A stretch of 22,002 nucleotides of DNA. It comes from a bacterium (GTDB lineage: Bacteria > Krumholzibacteriota > Krumholzibacteriia > G020349025). The position numbers and the translations under genes were made by a program. Of this stretch, positions 11,388 to 20,886 are shown one piece after another. Where the stretch lies: NCBI GenBank assembly GCA_031362565.1, contig JANLSU010000024.1, forward strand, positions 1 through 22,002, given 5' to 3'. Each line of letters begins with the position of its first letter. Position 1 is the first letter of the stretch. The notes below the pieces were generated by a model, which was not told the origin of the DNA, did not search any database, and was given only the letters and a program-made list of their open reading frames with translations.

Positions 11388-11441
11388 AGGGGGCTCTTTT
11401 GACGTTTGACCGAGATTTGATTTGCGAAGGAAACGAGGGAC

Positions 11442-11576
11442 ATGAAGCGCACGTATCAGCCGAGCAACTTGCGTCGCAAGCGCACGCACGGATTTCGGGC
11501 TCGCATGGCGACCAAGGGTGGGCGGCTCGCGTTGAAGCGGCGCCGCGCCCACGGCCGCAAGCGTCTCTGCCCCTGA
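11442..11576 (+). CDS. rpmH: 50S ribosomal protein L34
   Basis: Manual translation [44 protein letters not shown]; too short for the ORF track. Confidence 0.98.
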   Translation: MKRTYQPSNLRRKRTHGFRARMATKGGRLALKRRRAHGRKRLCP

Positions 11577-11615
11577 CGCACCACGATTCGCGGCCGGACG
11601 CGGCAAGGGAAGGCC

Positions 11616-11981
11616 ATGAGGCCGACACTGCGACGCGTTTGGCAATTCGAACTCGTCTACACTCAGGGTCGTAAACTCACCAGCCCGCTGCTCGTTTCGT
11701 TCTACCTGCAGCACGCACCGGACTCGCGCGTTGCATACGTGGCGAGCCGCAAGGTTGGGGGCGCGGTACAGCGGAACCGCGCCAAACGCCTTCTGCGGGC
11801 CGCGTTCGCCGAAATGCTGCGGGCGTCGCCCAGCGTGGCACCGGGATGGGTTGTCCTGGTGGCGCGGCGCGAAATCCTGGCGCACACGTCCGCGGACGTC
11901 TTGGCGCACATGCGATCTCACTTCGAGATCGCGCCGCCGGTTGCGACGTCGTCACACGCGCCGGGCACCGCGGGGGAATGA
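11616..11981 (+). CDS. rnpA: Ribonuclease P protein component
   Basis: RVAYVASRKVGGAVQRNRAKRLLR (RNR motif); follows rpmH. Confidence 0.93.
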   Translation: MRPTLRRVWQFELVYTQGRKLTSPLLVSFYLQHAPDSRVAYVASRKVGGAVQRNRAKRLLRAAFAEMLRASPSVAPGWVVLVARREILAHTSADVLAHMRSHFEIAPPVATSSHAPGTAGE

Positions 11982-11982
11982 C

Positions 11983-12270
11983 ATGCTCACCCACACCGCG
12001 ATCTTCCTGATCCGTCTGTATCAGCGGTTCGTATCGCCGGGCCTGCCCGCGTGCTGTATCTACTCGCCGTCTTGTTCGCAGTACGCGGTCGAAGCAATCG
12101 AGCAGCATGGATTTGGGCGCGGCGCCTGGCTTGCGTTACGCCGGCTCGTGCGTTGCGGGCCTTGGGGCGTTGGGGGCGAAGATCCGGTCCCACGTGGACC
12201 GGCGGGGGGCCGGCCGGTTCCGGCACGAGGAGAAGAATGGATAGGCGTACCCAGCTCGCGGTTGTTCTGA
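11983..12270 (+). CDS. yidD: Membrane protein insertion efficiency factor YidD
   Basis: LIRLYQRFVSP...CIYSPSCSQYAVEAI..HG...G.WL..RRLVRC.PW..GG.DPVP. Confidence 0.93.
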   Translation: MLTHTAIFLIRLYQRFVSPGLPACCIYSPSCSQYAVEAIEQHGFGRGAWLALRRLVRCGPWGVGGEDPVPRGPAGGRPVPARGEEWIGVPSSRLF

Positions 12271-14159
12271 TCGCGCTCGTCCTCGGCGCGAACCTGACAT
12301 ACACCGCGTATCACCAGAAGCAAACCCAGGCGCTCGAGCAAGAGCGCCGCGCGATCGCCATGCGAGACAGCATCGCGGCGCATCCGGCGCCGGTTGGCGC
12401 GAACGCGAACTCCGGCGCTGCCGCCGTGACGCCCGAGGCGGCGCCCAGCGAGGCCGCGACGGCGCTCACGCCCGCGCCCGCCACCGCCGGTGAAGTCGCA
12501 AGCGCCTTCCCCGTCGCCACGGCCGCCGACGGTGACTACAGCATCGAAACGCCGCTGCAGACGCTGCGCTTCTCGCGCGCCGGTGGTGTGCTGACGGAAA
12601 TCTCATTGCATGAGTACAAGATGCACAGCGGCGGGCTCGTGAACCTGATTCCGCCGCCGCCCACCGAGGGCGAGGCCGCGCGCCACGCGCTCGGCTTGCT
12701 GGTCGCAACACCGCAGGGCAACCGCTCGTTCGACGCCGCGCGCTTCGACGCGGCGCCGGGCGATTTCGACGCCACGGGCGTCCTGCACCTCGCCGCCGGC
12801 AGCGGTCCGCGGACGATCACCTTGCAGAGCGACGCCGGCGGGGCCGGTGCCGTCATCAAGCGCATCACCGTCGACCCGAGCCGCTACGACTTCGAAGTCG
12901 GGCTCGAATTCCAAACCGGCCCAGCACTGCAGCGCGTCGATTCCTACACGCTCGAGTGGACGACGGGCATGCCGTTCACCGAGAGCAATACCAAGGAAGA
13001 CGAAACGCGCCTCCGCGCCGTCGCCGAATTGGACGGCGAACAGGTGCGCAAGCGCGCCGAGGACTTCAAGAAGGAAGAGTCGCAGACCAACGTCGGCACA
13101 ATTCGCTGGGCGATCCTGCAGAGCAAGTATTTCATGGTCGGACTCATTCCCGCCAAGCCGTTCGCCGGCACCACCCAAACCGTCGGCCAAGCCAAGACTC
13201 ACTGGGTGGGCGTGCGGCTCACCAACCCGACGCCGGGCCGCGGCAGCGATGCCTTCCGGGTCTATGCCGGGCCGATCATCTACGACAAGGTCCGCGATCT
13301 CGGCGTCGGCCTCGAGGCCACCGTCGAGCTCGGTTATCGCTGGATCCGGCCGATCTCGAGCGCCCTCGTGCACTTCATTGCGTTCCTGAACCGGTTCATC
13401 CCCAACTACGGCATCATCATCATCTTGGTCTCGGTGCTCGCCAAACTCTTGTTCTGGCCGCTCACGGAACGCTCGTTCCGCTCCATGCGCCGCATGCAGG
13501 AGATGCAGCCGCGCATGGAGGAAATTCGCCGCCGCTACAAGGACGACCCCAAGGGCATGAACACGCAGATGATGGCGATGTACAAGGAACAGAAGATCAA
13601 TCCCGTCGGCGGCTGCATCCCGATGGTCGTACAGATGCCGATGTTCTTCGCGCTGTTTTCGGCGCTGCAAAGCAGCATCCAATTGCGCAACGCGCCGTTC
13701 TTCGGCTGGATCGACAACCTGGCGGGCCCGGACGTGCTGTTCACGCTGCCGATGTCGATACCGTTCATCGGCAATCACTTCAGCCTGTTGCCCCTGTTGA
13801 TGGGCGGCTCGATGATGTGGCAGTCGCACCTGACGCCCGCGGCGGCCACCGGTGGCGGGGGCGGCGGTGCCATGGCCCAACAGCAAATGATGATGAAGTG
13901 GTTCATGCCCATCATGATGATGGTGCTCTTCTACAAAATGCCGTCCGGTCTGGTGATCTACTGGATCGTGAGCACGATGATGAGCGTCTGGCAGCAGACC
14001 CACATCAATCGCAAGTTCGGGCCCCTGCCGGTTGTCGGTGTCGTGAACGCCAAGCCCGAAGGGAGGCCGCGGAATGCAGGACCAAACGGAGGCAACGGGG
14101 AAAAATCCCGAGGCAGCGCTGGAGAACGGCCTGGCCGCATTGGGGGCCCGTCGCGCTGA
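12237..14159 (+). CDS. yidC: Membrane protein insertase YidC
   Basis: MDRRTQLAVVL N-terminal TM, periplasmic domain, NYGIIIIL, KINPVGGCIP, WIDNLAGPD, PSGLVIYW. AGGAG RBS before ATG 12237. Confidence 0.96.
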   Translation: MDRRTQLAVVLIALVLGANLTYTAYHQKQTQALEQERRAIAMRDSIAAHPAPVGANANSGAAAVTPEAAPSEAATALTPAPATAGEVASAFPVATAADGDYSIETPLQTLRFSRAGGVLTEISLHEYKMHSGGLVNLIPPPPTEGEAARHALGLLVATPQGNRSFDAARFDAAPGDFDATGVLHLAAGSGPRTITLQSDAGGAGAVIKRITVDPSRYDFEVGLEFQTGPALQRVDSYTLEWTTGMPFTESNTKEDETRLRAVAELDGEQVRKRAEDFKKEESQTNVGTIRWAILQSKYFMVGLIPAKPFAGTTQTVGQAKTHWVGVRLTNPTPGRGSDAFRVYAGPIIYDKVRDLGVGLEATVELGYRWIRPISSALVHFIAFLNRFIPNYGIIIILVSVLAKLLFWPLTERSFRSMRRMQEMQPRMEEIRRRYKDDPKGMNTQMMAMYKEQKINPVGGCIPMVVQMPMFFALFSALQSSIQLRNAPFFGWIDNLAGPDVLFTLPMSIPFIGNHFSLLPLLMGGSMMWQSHLTPAAATGGGGGGAMAQQQMMMKWFMPIMMMVLFYKMPSGLVIYWIVSTMMSVWQQTHINRKFGPLPVVGVVNAKPEGRPRNAGPNGGNGEKSRGSAGERPGRIGGPSR

Positions 14160-14721
14160 CGTCCGCTGGGAAGTGCTGGAGCCGGGCGGCGCGCGTTTCT
14201 TCGGTTTGCTCGGCGCACGCACCGCACGCGTCCGCGTCGAACGGCTTGTGCCGCGCCACCCGGACGCACGCTCCCTGGTTGTCGATCTGCTCGCCGCCAT
14301 GGACATCGCCGTCGAAGTCGAAACGCTCCAGAAGCCCGACGTCCTCGAGATCACGATTCAAGCGCCGGGCCTGGACGGACTGCTCATCGGCAAGCGCGGC
14401 GAAACGCTGGCCGCATTGCAGCACGTCATCGGCCGCATGGTGTCGAAGGAATTCGGTTTCCACGGTACGGTCGTGGTGGATGTCGGCGGTTATCGTGTCC
14501 GTCGTGAAGCTCAGCTCGTCGAGAAGGCCCGGGTTCTCGCCGACAAAGCCAAGATCACCGGGCGCGACATCAATCTCGAGCCGCTGCACGCGCTCGACCG
14601 GCGCGTCGTGCACAACGCCCTCGCCGGGATCGACGGTGTCCGCAGCTATACCGTCGGCCGGGGCCTGCACCGCAATGTCGTGATCGCACCCGACTCGCGG
14701 GCCACGCGCCCGGCGCCGTGA
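14074..14721 (+). CDS. jag: Jag/EloR/KhpB RNA-binding protein (Jag_N, KH, R3H)
   Basis: GKNPEAALENGLAALG...GARFFGLLG, KH LLIGKRGETLAALQ, R3H DRRVVH; follows yidC. Confidence 0.92.
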   Translation: MQDQTEATGKNPEAALENGLAALGARRADVRWEVLEPGGARFFGLLGARTARVRVERLVPRHPDARSLVVDLLAAMDIAVEVETLQKPDVLEITIQAPGLDGLLIGKRGETLAALQHVIGRMVSKEFGFHGTVVVDVGGYRVRREAQLVEKARVLADKAKITGRDINLEPLHALDRRVVHNALAGIDGVRSYTVGRGLHRNVVIAPDSRATRPAP

Positions 14722-16151
14722 GCGCCAGCCCCGAAGACACGATTGTCGCTCCGGCGACAGCGGTTGCCCCAGCCGGCCTCGCGGTCGTGCGCCTGTCCGG
14801 CCCCGAGGCGATCGCCGTCATGGGCCGCTTGTTCGAAGGCGCGGATCTGCAAACGGTGCCGAGCCACACGGCGCATCACGGCTGGGTGCGGGACGGGCGC
14901 GGTGAACGGCTGGACGAGGTGCTGGCCCTCGTGCTTCGCGCCCCGCGCAGCTACACCGGTGAAGACACGGTCGAGATTTCTTGCCACGGGAGCCCGCTCA
15001 TCATCGAAGAAATCGTCACTGCGGCCGTCACGGCCGGCGCACGCCTGGCCGAGGCCGGCGAGTTCACGCGCCGCGCATTCCTGAACGGCCGGCTCGACCT
15101 TTCGCAAGCCGAAGCCGTCGCCGACCTCATCGCCGCCGAATCGCGGGCCGGGAGGCGGGCGGCGCTCGAGCAGTTGCGCGGTACGCTTGCCGGCCGCGTG
15201 CAAGCGGTGCGCACGGGGCTCGTGGAATTGCTCGGCGACATCGAAGCCAGCATCGATTTTGTCGAAGAGGACCTCGAGTTTTTCGAACGCGCGGCAGTCA
15301 TCGAGCGCGGCCGATCCGCCGTTGGCGCCATCGACGCATTGCTCGAGACGGCGAGCGACGGCATGTTGCTGCGCTCGGGCATCCGCGTCAGCCTGGCGGG
15401 CGCGCCCAACGTCGGCAAGAGCAGTCTCTTCAACCGGCTTTTGTGCGAGCCGCGCTCCATCGTCACCGAGCATCCGGGCACGACCCGCGATGTGGTGCGG
15501 GAAACGCTGCGGGTCGGAGCACTCGCGGTGGCGCTCGAAGATACAGCGGGACTGCGCGCCATGACGCCGGATCCAATCGAGCGCCTGGGCATCGAGCGCA
15601 GCCTTCGCAGCCATGCTGAAGCCGACGTCGTGCTGCAGGTTTTGGATGCGACGCGGCCCCTGCAGGCCGGTGAACGTGATGCGCTGGAGGCGCTCGACGG
15701 TGAAACCGCCCTCATCGTGCTGAACAAGATCGACGCTCTGCCCGAGTCGTTGCGCACCGCGTCGATGTTGGGCGGCGGTGCACACGATCTCCTCCTCTCG
15801 CTCGCGGCAGGCAGCGCCCCCAAGACCGGCGCGACGTGCGTCGCGGTGTCGGCCACAACGGGCGCCAACGTCGCGGCCTTGATCGATGCACTGACGCGGG
15901 TTGGCCGGTTGCGGCGCTTGTCGCTGCAAACCGATGCGCTGGTGACGATCAACGCCCGGCATCACGAGGCGCTGGTGCGAGCCCGCACTGCGGTGGCCGA
16001 ATTCATGGCGGCAGCGGGCAGCGGCGCGCCGCCGGAACTCCTGGCCGCCGACTTGCGCGCCGCGGTACTGGCGTTGGGCGAGGTTTCGGGAGAACAAGTC
16101 ACCGAAGAAGTGCTCGGCAGCATCTTCGCGCGTTTCTGTGTTGGGAAGTGA
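14718..16151 (+). CDS. mnmE: tRNA modification GTPase MnmE (TrmE)
   Basis: DTIVAPAT, SYTGED.VEISCHG, GEFTRRAFLNGRLDL, GAPNVGKSS, GTTRD, DTAG, NKID, C-terminal FCVGK. Confidence 0.97.
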   Translation: MSASPEDTIVAPATAVAPAGLAVVRLSGPEAIAVMGRLFEGADLQTVPSHTAHHGWVRDGRGERLDEVLALVLRAPRSYTGEDTVEISCHGSPLIIEEIVTAAVTAGARLAEAGEFTRRAFLNGRLDLSQAEAVADLIAAESRAGRRAALEQLRGTLAGRVQAVRTGLVELLGDIEASIDFVEEDLEFFERAAVIERGRSAVGAIDALLETASDGMLLRSGIRVSLAGAPNVGKSSLFNRLLCEPRSIVTEHPGTTRDVVRETLRVGALAVALEDTAGLRAMTPDPIERLGIERSLRSHAEADVVLQVLDATRPLQAGERDALEALDGETALIVLNKIDALPESLRTASMLGGGAHDLLLSLAAGSAPKTGATCVAVSATTGANVAALIDALTRVGRLRRLSLQTDALVTINARHHEALVRARTAVAEFMAAAGSGAPPELLAADLRAAVLALGEVSGEQVTEEVLGSIFARFCVGK

Positions 16152-16155
16152 GGCC

Positions 16156-18048
16156 ATGCTGAACGACTTCGATGTCGTGGTGATCGGCGCCGGGCACGGC
16201 GGCTGTGAGGCGGCGCTCGCGCCGGCGCGGATGGGACTTCGTACGGCGCTCGTGACGCTGCGCCGCGATCGCATCGCCTTCATGCCCTGCAACCCGGCCA
16301 TCGGCGGTGTGGGGAAAGGGCATTTGGTGCGCGAACTGGATGCTCTAGGCGGCGAAATGGGCCGCGCCATCGACGCGGCGGGGATTCAATTTCGCATGCT
16401 CAACCGCAGCAAGGGGCCGGCCGTTTGGTCGCCGCGCGCCCAGGCCGACAAGGCGCTCTACGCGGGCGTCATGCGCCACGCCGTCGAAGCCGAACCAAAT
16501 CTGACGATTCTTGAAACCGAGATCACCGATCTCGTCCTCGAAGATGGCGCGGGCGGCAGGCGGCGCCTGCGCGCGGTGCGCACCGCCGACGGCAACGAGA
16601 TCACGACGCGCGCGGTCGTCATCACTACCGGCACGTTTCTCGCCGCCGAAATGCATATGGGCTGCGACCGTGTCGCGGGTGGGCGGAGCGGCGAACCGGC
16701 GGCGCAACACCTCTCGAACGCTTTTCGCGCCATTGGATTCCGGCTCGGCCGCCTGAAGACCGGAACACCACCACGGCTCGTGCGCGACAGCATTCACTTC
16801 GAGCGCTTCGAAGTACAGTTGGGCGACGATCCGCCGCGGCCGTTTTCGCACGCAACCGCCAATCTCGTCGTCGACCAAGTGCCGTGCTGGATCGCGTCGA
16901 CGAGCGAGGCGGCGCACGCGTTGATTCGCGCCAATTTGGCGCAGGCGCCGTTGTACAACGGGCAAATCACCAGCACCGGCCCGCGCTACTGCCCGTCCAT
17001 CGAAGACAAAGTCGTGCGCTTCGCGGAGCGCAGCCGGCACCAGTTGTTCCTGGAACCGGAAGGCCGCGATTCGCCGGAGATCTACGTCAACGGTTTGTCG
17101 ACGAGCTTGCCACGCGATATTCAGCGCGCGGTCGTGCGCCTCATCCCCGGCTTGGAGGACGCGGAAATCGCCCGCTACGGGTATGCCGTCGAGTACGACT
17201 ACGTGCCGTCCGATCAGCTCGCAGCGACGCTCGAAACGCATGCGGTCGCGGGCCTGTATCTGGCTGGACAGATCAACGGCACCTCCGGCTACGAAGAGGC
17301 GGCGGCGCAAGGCTTCATGGCGGGATTGAATGCGGCCGCGGTGCAGCTCGCACTGCCGCCGCTCGTCTTGGGGCGGTCGGAGGCGTACATCGGTGTTTTG
17401 GTCGACGATCTGGTGCGCATGTCACTCTCGGAGCCGTACCGCATGTTTACGTCGCGCGCCGAATTTCGCCTGGCGCTCCGCATCGACAACGCCGACGAAC
17501 GGCTCATGCCCTACGCCGAGCGCTATGGGTTGCTGCGCGACGACGCACGGCAACAGCGCGCCTTGGATGTGGTGTCGCTCGCGACACTCGAAAGCGCGCT
17601 TGGCCGCCGCGTGCCGCCACAGGAAGTCGAAAGCATCGCGGCCCGCACCGGCACCCTGGTGGCAAGCGGTCCGGCGACCGTCGAGCGGCTGTTGCGCACG
17701 CCCGGCATCGGCATTCGCGATTTGCTCGGCAGCGTGCCCGAGGCGGCGCTGGCGCGCGGCGACGTCCTCGACAAGCTCGAGGTTCGGGTGAAATACGACG
17801 GCTACGTGCGCCGCCAAGAACGCGCCGTCGCGGCGGCCGCGCAATTCGAAACCCGCTTGATCCCGGCGACGATCGACTACGCGGCGATTCGCGGCCTCAG
17901 TACCGAGGCGGCGCAAAAGCTCGCGCGGCAGCGGCCCGGCAACATCGCGCAGGCAAGCCGCATCGACGGCGTGCGCGCCGGCGACCTCTCGTTACTCTTG
18001 GTGCATTTGAAGCGCGCCGAGGGCGCGGCGGCAAGCGCGCCGGCGTGA
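16156..18048 (+). CDS. mnmG: tRNA uridine 5-carboxymethylaminomethyl modification enzyme MnmG (GidA)
   Basis: GAGHGGCEAA, MPCNPAIGG, LKTGTPPR, GPRYCPSIEDK, AGQINGTSGYEEAA, EPYRMFTSRAE. Confidence 0.97.
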   Translation: MLNDFDVVVIGAGHGGCEAALAPARMGLRTALVTLRRDRIAFMPCNPAIGGVGKGHLVRELDALGGEMGRAIDAAGIQFRMLNRSKGPAVWSPRAQADKALYAGVMRHAVEAEPNLTILETEITDLVLEDGAGGRRRLRAVRTADGNEITTRAVVITTGTFLAAEMHMGCDRVAGGRSGEPAAQHLSNAFRAIGFRLGRLKTGTPPRLVRDSIHFERFEVQLGDDPPRPFSHATANLVVDQVPCWIASTSEAAHALIRANLAQAPLYNGQITSTGPRYCPSIEDKVVRFAERSRHQLFLEPEGRDSPEIYVNGLSTSLPRDIQRAVVRLIPGLEDAEIARYGYAVEYDYVPSDQLAATLETHAVAGLYLAGQINGTSGYEEAAAQGFMAGLNAAAVQLALPPLVLGRSEAYIGVLVDDLVRMSLSEPYRMFTSRAEFRLALRIDNADERLMPYAERYGLLRDDARQQRALDVVSLATLESALGRRVPPQEVESIAARTGTLVASGPATVERLLRTPGIGIRDLLGSVPEAALARGDVLDKLEVRVKYDGYVRRQERAVAAAAQFETRLIPATIDYAAIRGLSTEAAQKLARQRPGNIAQASRIDGVRAGDLSLLLVHLKRAEGAAASAPA

Positions 18049-18067
18049 AACCCGGTCCGCCCGAGCT

Positions 18068-18919
18068 TCACTGTTTTTGATACACGACGGCCTGGTTGTG
18101 GTGAATCATCTTGAACCCACTGGAGATGCCGTGCAGCGACTCCATGGGGCCGACCACCAAATAGCCACCTATGCACAACGCGCCGTGCAGGCTTTCGACG
18201 GCCCGCCGCCGTGCAGCGGCATCGAAATAGGCGAGGACATTGCGGCAAAACAGGATGTCCGTGTCCGCCACCCGTGGCAAGAAAGCTTTGTCCAATAGAT
18301 TAGCGCGCTCGAAGTGCACGAGCGCTTTGGCGTCCGCGTCGACTTCGAACAGCCCACCCGCCACCGGCTTGAAATACCTGGCCCGCAGGCTGGGCGAAGC
18401 GTCTTGGATCGCTGCGCCGGCGTAGCGCCCCGCTTGGGCCAGATCGAGACTGCGCGCCGAGATATCGCAGGCAACGACCGCCGGCTGCCAGTCGGCACCG
18501 CGCGCGCCGAGTGCTTCGCGAAGCAGGATTGCAAGCGTGTACGGTTCCTCGCCGGACGAGCACCCCGCGCTCCAGAGCCGGAGCACGTTCTGTCCCGCCT
18601 TCGCGCGGCGCTCCATGGCCGCCGGCAACAAAGACGACCGAAACATCTCGAGCTGCGGTTCATGCTGGAAAAAGGCCGGTTCCTTCAAGGTAATTTCATC
18701 GAGGAGGCAGACGATTTCCTGGGCGGCGCGTGCATCGCGCGACAGCAAGGCCAGGTAGGCGCCGGCTTCTCGCAGCGCGAGCGCGGCGATGCGGTTCGAC
18801 AAATGCGCTTCCATTTGAGATTGTTTCGCGTCGGCGAAATAGATCCCGCACCGCTTGTAGATGAAGTCGCGGAATTCAGAAAAGAGATCCGGTGCGAGCT
18901 GCAAGGTGGCGTTGGTCAC
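18068..18919 (-). CDS. cheR: CheR-family SAM-dependent methyltransferase (divergent)
   Basis: WSAGCSSGEEPY, DIS, NLL, FCRNVLAYFD, GGYL..G..ES. GTG start overlaps the HDOD stop (GTGA). Confidence 0.88.
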   Translation of the reverse strand: MTNATLQLAPDLFSEFRDFIYKRCGIYFADAKQSQMEAHLSNRIAALALREAGAYLALLSRDARAAQEIVCLLDEITLKEPAFFQHEPQLEMFRSSLLPAAMERRAKAGQNVLRLWSAGCSSGEEPYTLAILLREALGARGADWQPAVVACDISARSLDLAQAGRYAGAAIQDASPSLRARYFKPVAGGLFEVDADAKALVHFERANLLDKAFLPRVADTDILFCRNVLAYFDAAARRRAVESLHGALCIGGYLVVGPMESLHGISSGFKMIHHNQAVVYQKQ

Positions 18920-19794
18920 GAAATGCCCCCGAAGAAATCGCGATGCTTGTCCATTTCGTCCTCGAGGCGGAACGTCAGCCACGCGAGATCGATGGGCTCG
19001 CGCCCCGGCCCGCTCCACAAGATGTTCCAAGCGGCAGTCTCCTGCACGGCGACCGGGGTGCGCTCGCCGCCAAAACCGCTGCCGGCAACGCGCGCGAAAA
19101 GGTCGGCGAGATGCACGACGGCGGCGAGGCGCGGTTGCGGCGCAAGTTCCGGGCTGTGGTGCCAGCGGATTGCTGCCGTCAGCTCATCGGGTAGCTTCCA
19201 GCGTTCCGCAAGCCACGCGCCGACCTGGGCGTGATCGGAATCGAACACGGCGCGTTCCGCCTGGGCCATGGAGCAACCGTCGCGGTGCGTGATGGCAACC
19301 GCCTCGCGGTACGATTCAGGAAAGCAAAGATCCAGAATCAGCTTGCCGACATCGTGCAGCAATCCGGCGGTAAACTCTTCGCCGTCGTGCGGCGTTTGCA
19401 GGAGTTCGCAGAGCCGGCGCGCGGCGACCCCACAGGCAGCCGAGTGCTGCCAGAACAGCTTGCGATCGAGGCCTGCGTGGCCCGGCCGCACCGGAAACGC
19501 CTTGAATACGGCCACAACCAGACAAATCCGCCGCACTTCCGCGACGCCCAGAACGACGAGAGCGCGCTGCACGCTCGAAACCGGTTGCGGCCGCTCGTAA
19601 AAGGCTGAATTGACGACGCGCAGGATCGCCGCCGACAACGCCGGATCGCGTTCGATGAGCTGGGCAAGCGTTTCAATGGGGGTTTCGGGAACGCGCGCCA
19701 ATTCCATAACGCGCAACGCCACCGCCGGTAGCGTGGGCAGCGCCTGGAGTTCTTCGATGCCGACTCGGACGCGGTCGGGCAACGCGGTGGCCAT
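18916..19794 (-). CDS. HDOD-domain signal transduction protein
   Basis: LPTLPAVA, DPALSAAILRVVNSAFY, FWQHS, AGLLHDVGKL, HAQVGAWLAERWKLP, IRWHH. AGGAG RBS before ATG 19794. Confidence 0.92.
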   Translation of the reverse strand: MATALPDRVRVGIEELQALPTLPAVALRVMELARVPETPIETLAQLIERDPALSAAILRVVNSAFYERPQPVSSVQRALVVLGVAEVRRICLVVAVFKAFPVRPGHAGLDRKLFWQHSAACGVAARRLCELLQTPHDGEEFTAGLLHDVGKLILDLCFPESYREAVAITHRDGCSMAQAERAVFDSDHAQVGAWLAERWKLPDELTAAIRWHHSPELAPQPRLAAVVHLADLFARVAGSGFGGERTPVAVQETAAWNILWSGPGREPIDLAWLTFRLEDEMDKHRDFFGGIS

Positions 19795-20157
19795 GTTCGA
19801 TCTCCTCACCGGACGTTATGAACCGCTCCCGCAAATTGTGTTCCTCGAACATCGCGAAAGGCAGAGTTACACCGCGCCGTGGTGATTGACGCCTGGTCAA
19901 AGCGAAAAGACCCATCGTTTGCACGATGCAAATCGGCGCCGCTGCCCGCTCTGCGGGAAGAGCGGCGTAATGCAAACAGCGGATCGCCCGGCCGTCTCGT
20001 TGAAATACACGGCATCAAAACGGACCTGGGTGGCCTGAAGTTCGGCATTCGCGAGTCGGACCTCGACCGCCGCCTTGCCGCTCCTCCGTGCGCCCACTAC
20101 GATGACAGCCGCCGGCGTGTCCGAACATTCCTCCCTTCACTGCTTGGAGATCCGAAC

Positions 20158-20886
20158 GTGGGGCTCGAACGTATTCCTGACTTCGTCGCCGACGCCGTTC
20201 GAATCCTGCCCGACGCATCCCGGCCCGCCGACCTCGAGGCGCTGCTCTGCGGTTATCTCGGCCATTTGGTCGAGACCAACGAGCAAATCAATCTGGTCTC
20301 GCGCCGCAACACCATGGATCACGTCGAGGTGTTCACACGCGAGTGCTTGTTCCTGGCGCAAATCCTCATCGAGGAGTGGCAGAACGCCAAGGCTGGCCGA
20401 GCGCCGCGCATTCTCGATGTCGGGAGCGGCGGCGGCTTCCCCGCCATGGTGCTCAAGATCGCCATGCCCGAGGTCGAGATGCAAATGGTCGAAGCAACGC
20501 GCAAGAAAGCCCGGTTTCTTGCCGAGGTGGCGGCGGGCCTCGACCTGCGATCGACGAGCGTGGTTTGGGCGCGCGCCGAGAATCTCGCCGAGGTGCTGAA
20601 GGCGCAGTCGAAAGTAGTCGAGGGGTCGCGGTTCGACTGGGTCACGGGCAAGGCCCTGGGATCGCTGCAGAATTCGACACTTCTCGCCGAGCCTTTCCTG
20701 CGCGCCGGCGGCGTCCACTGGACGTTCAAGGGCACGAAGTGCCAGGAAGAGCTCGCCGCGGCCAGCGGCATGTTCCGGCAACGGGGCTTTGTGTTGCATC
20801 GCACCGAGCGGATCCCCGGCGAACGGGAATCATATGTGGTCGGAGTCCGTCGCTTGGCCGGCCCGAGCCGCGGGCGTGGGCGCTGA
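20158..20886 (+). CDS. rsmG: 16S rRNA m7G527 methyltransferase RsmG (GidB)
   Basis: N.QINLVS, LDVGSGGGFP, VEATRKKARFL, RAE, KG. GTG start at 20158 with GGAG RBS preferred over 19879. Confidence 0.9.
   Translation: MGLERIPDFVADAVRILPDASRPADLEALLCGYLGHLVETNEQINLVSRRNTMDHVEVFTRECLFLAQILIEEWQNAKAGRAPRILDVGSGGGFPAMVLKIAMPEVEMQMVEATRKKARFLAEVAAGLDLRSTSVVWARAENLAEVLKAQSKVVEGSRFDWVTGKALGSLQNSTLLAEPFLRAGGVHWTFKGTKCQEELAAASGMFRQRGFVLHRTERIPGERESYVVGVRRLAGPSRGRGR

Noticed and set aside
19926..19956. Sigma54 or sigma28 promoter for HDOD-cheR
   Set aside because: The GG-to-GC spacing is 9 rather than 10 nt, and GCCGATTT lacks a TAAA -35 at the right distance.
19879..20157. 93-aa N-terminal extension of RsmG
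   Set aside because: Not RsmG-like; GTG 20158 has an RBS and gives a normal length.
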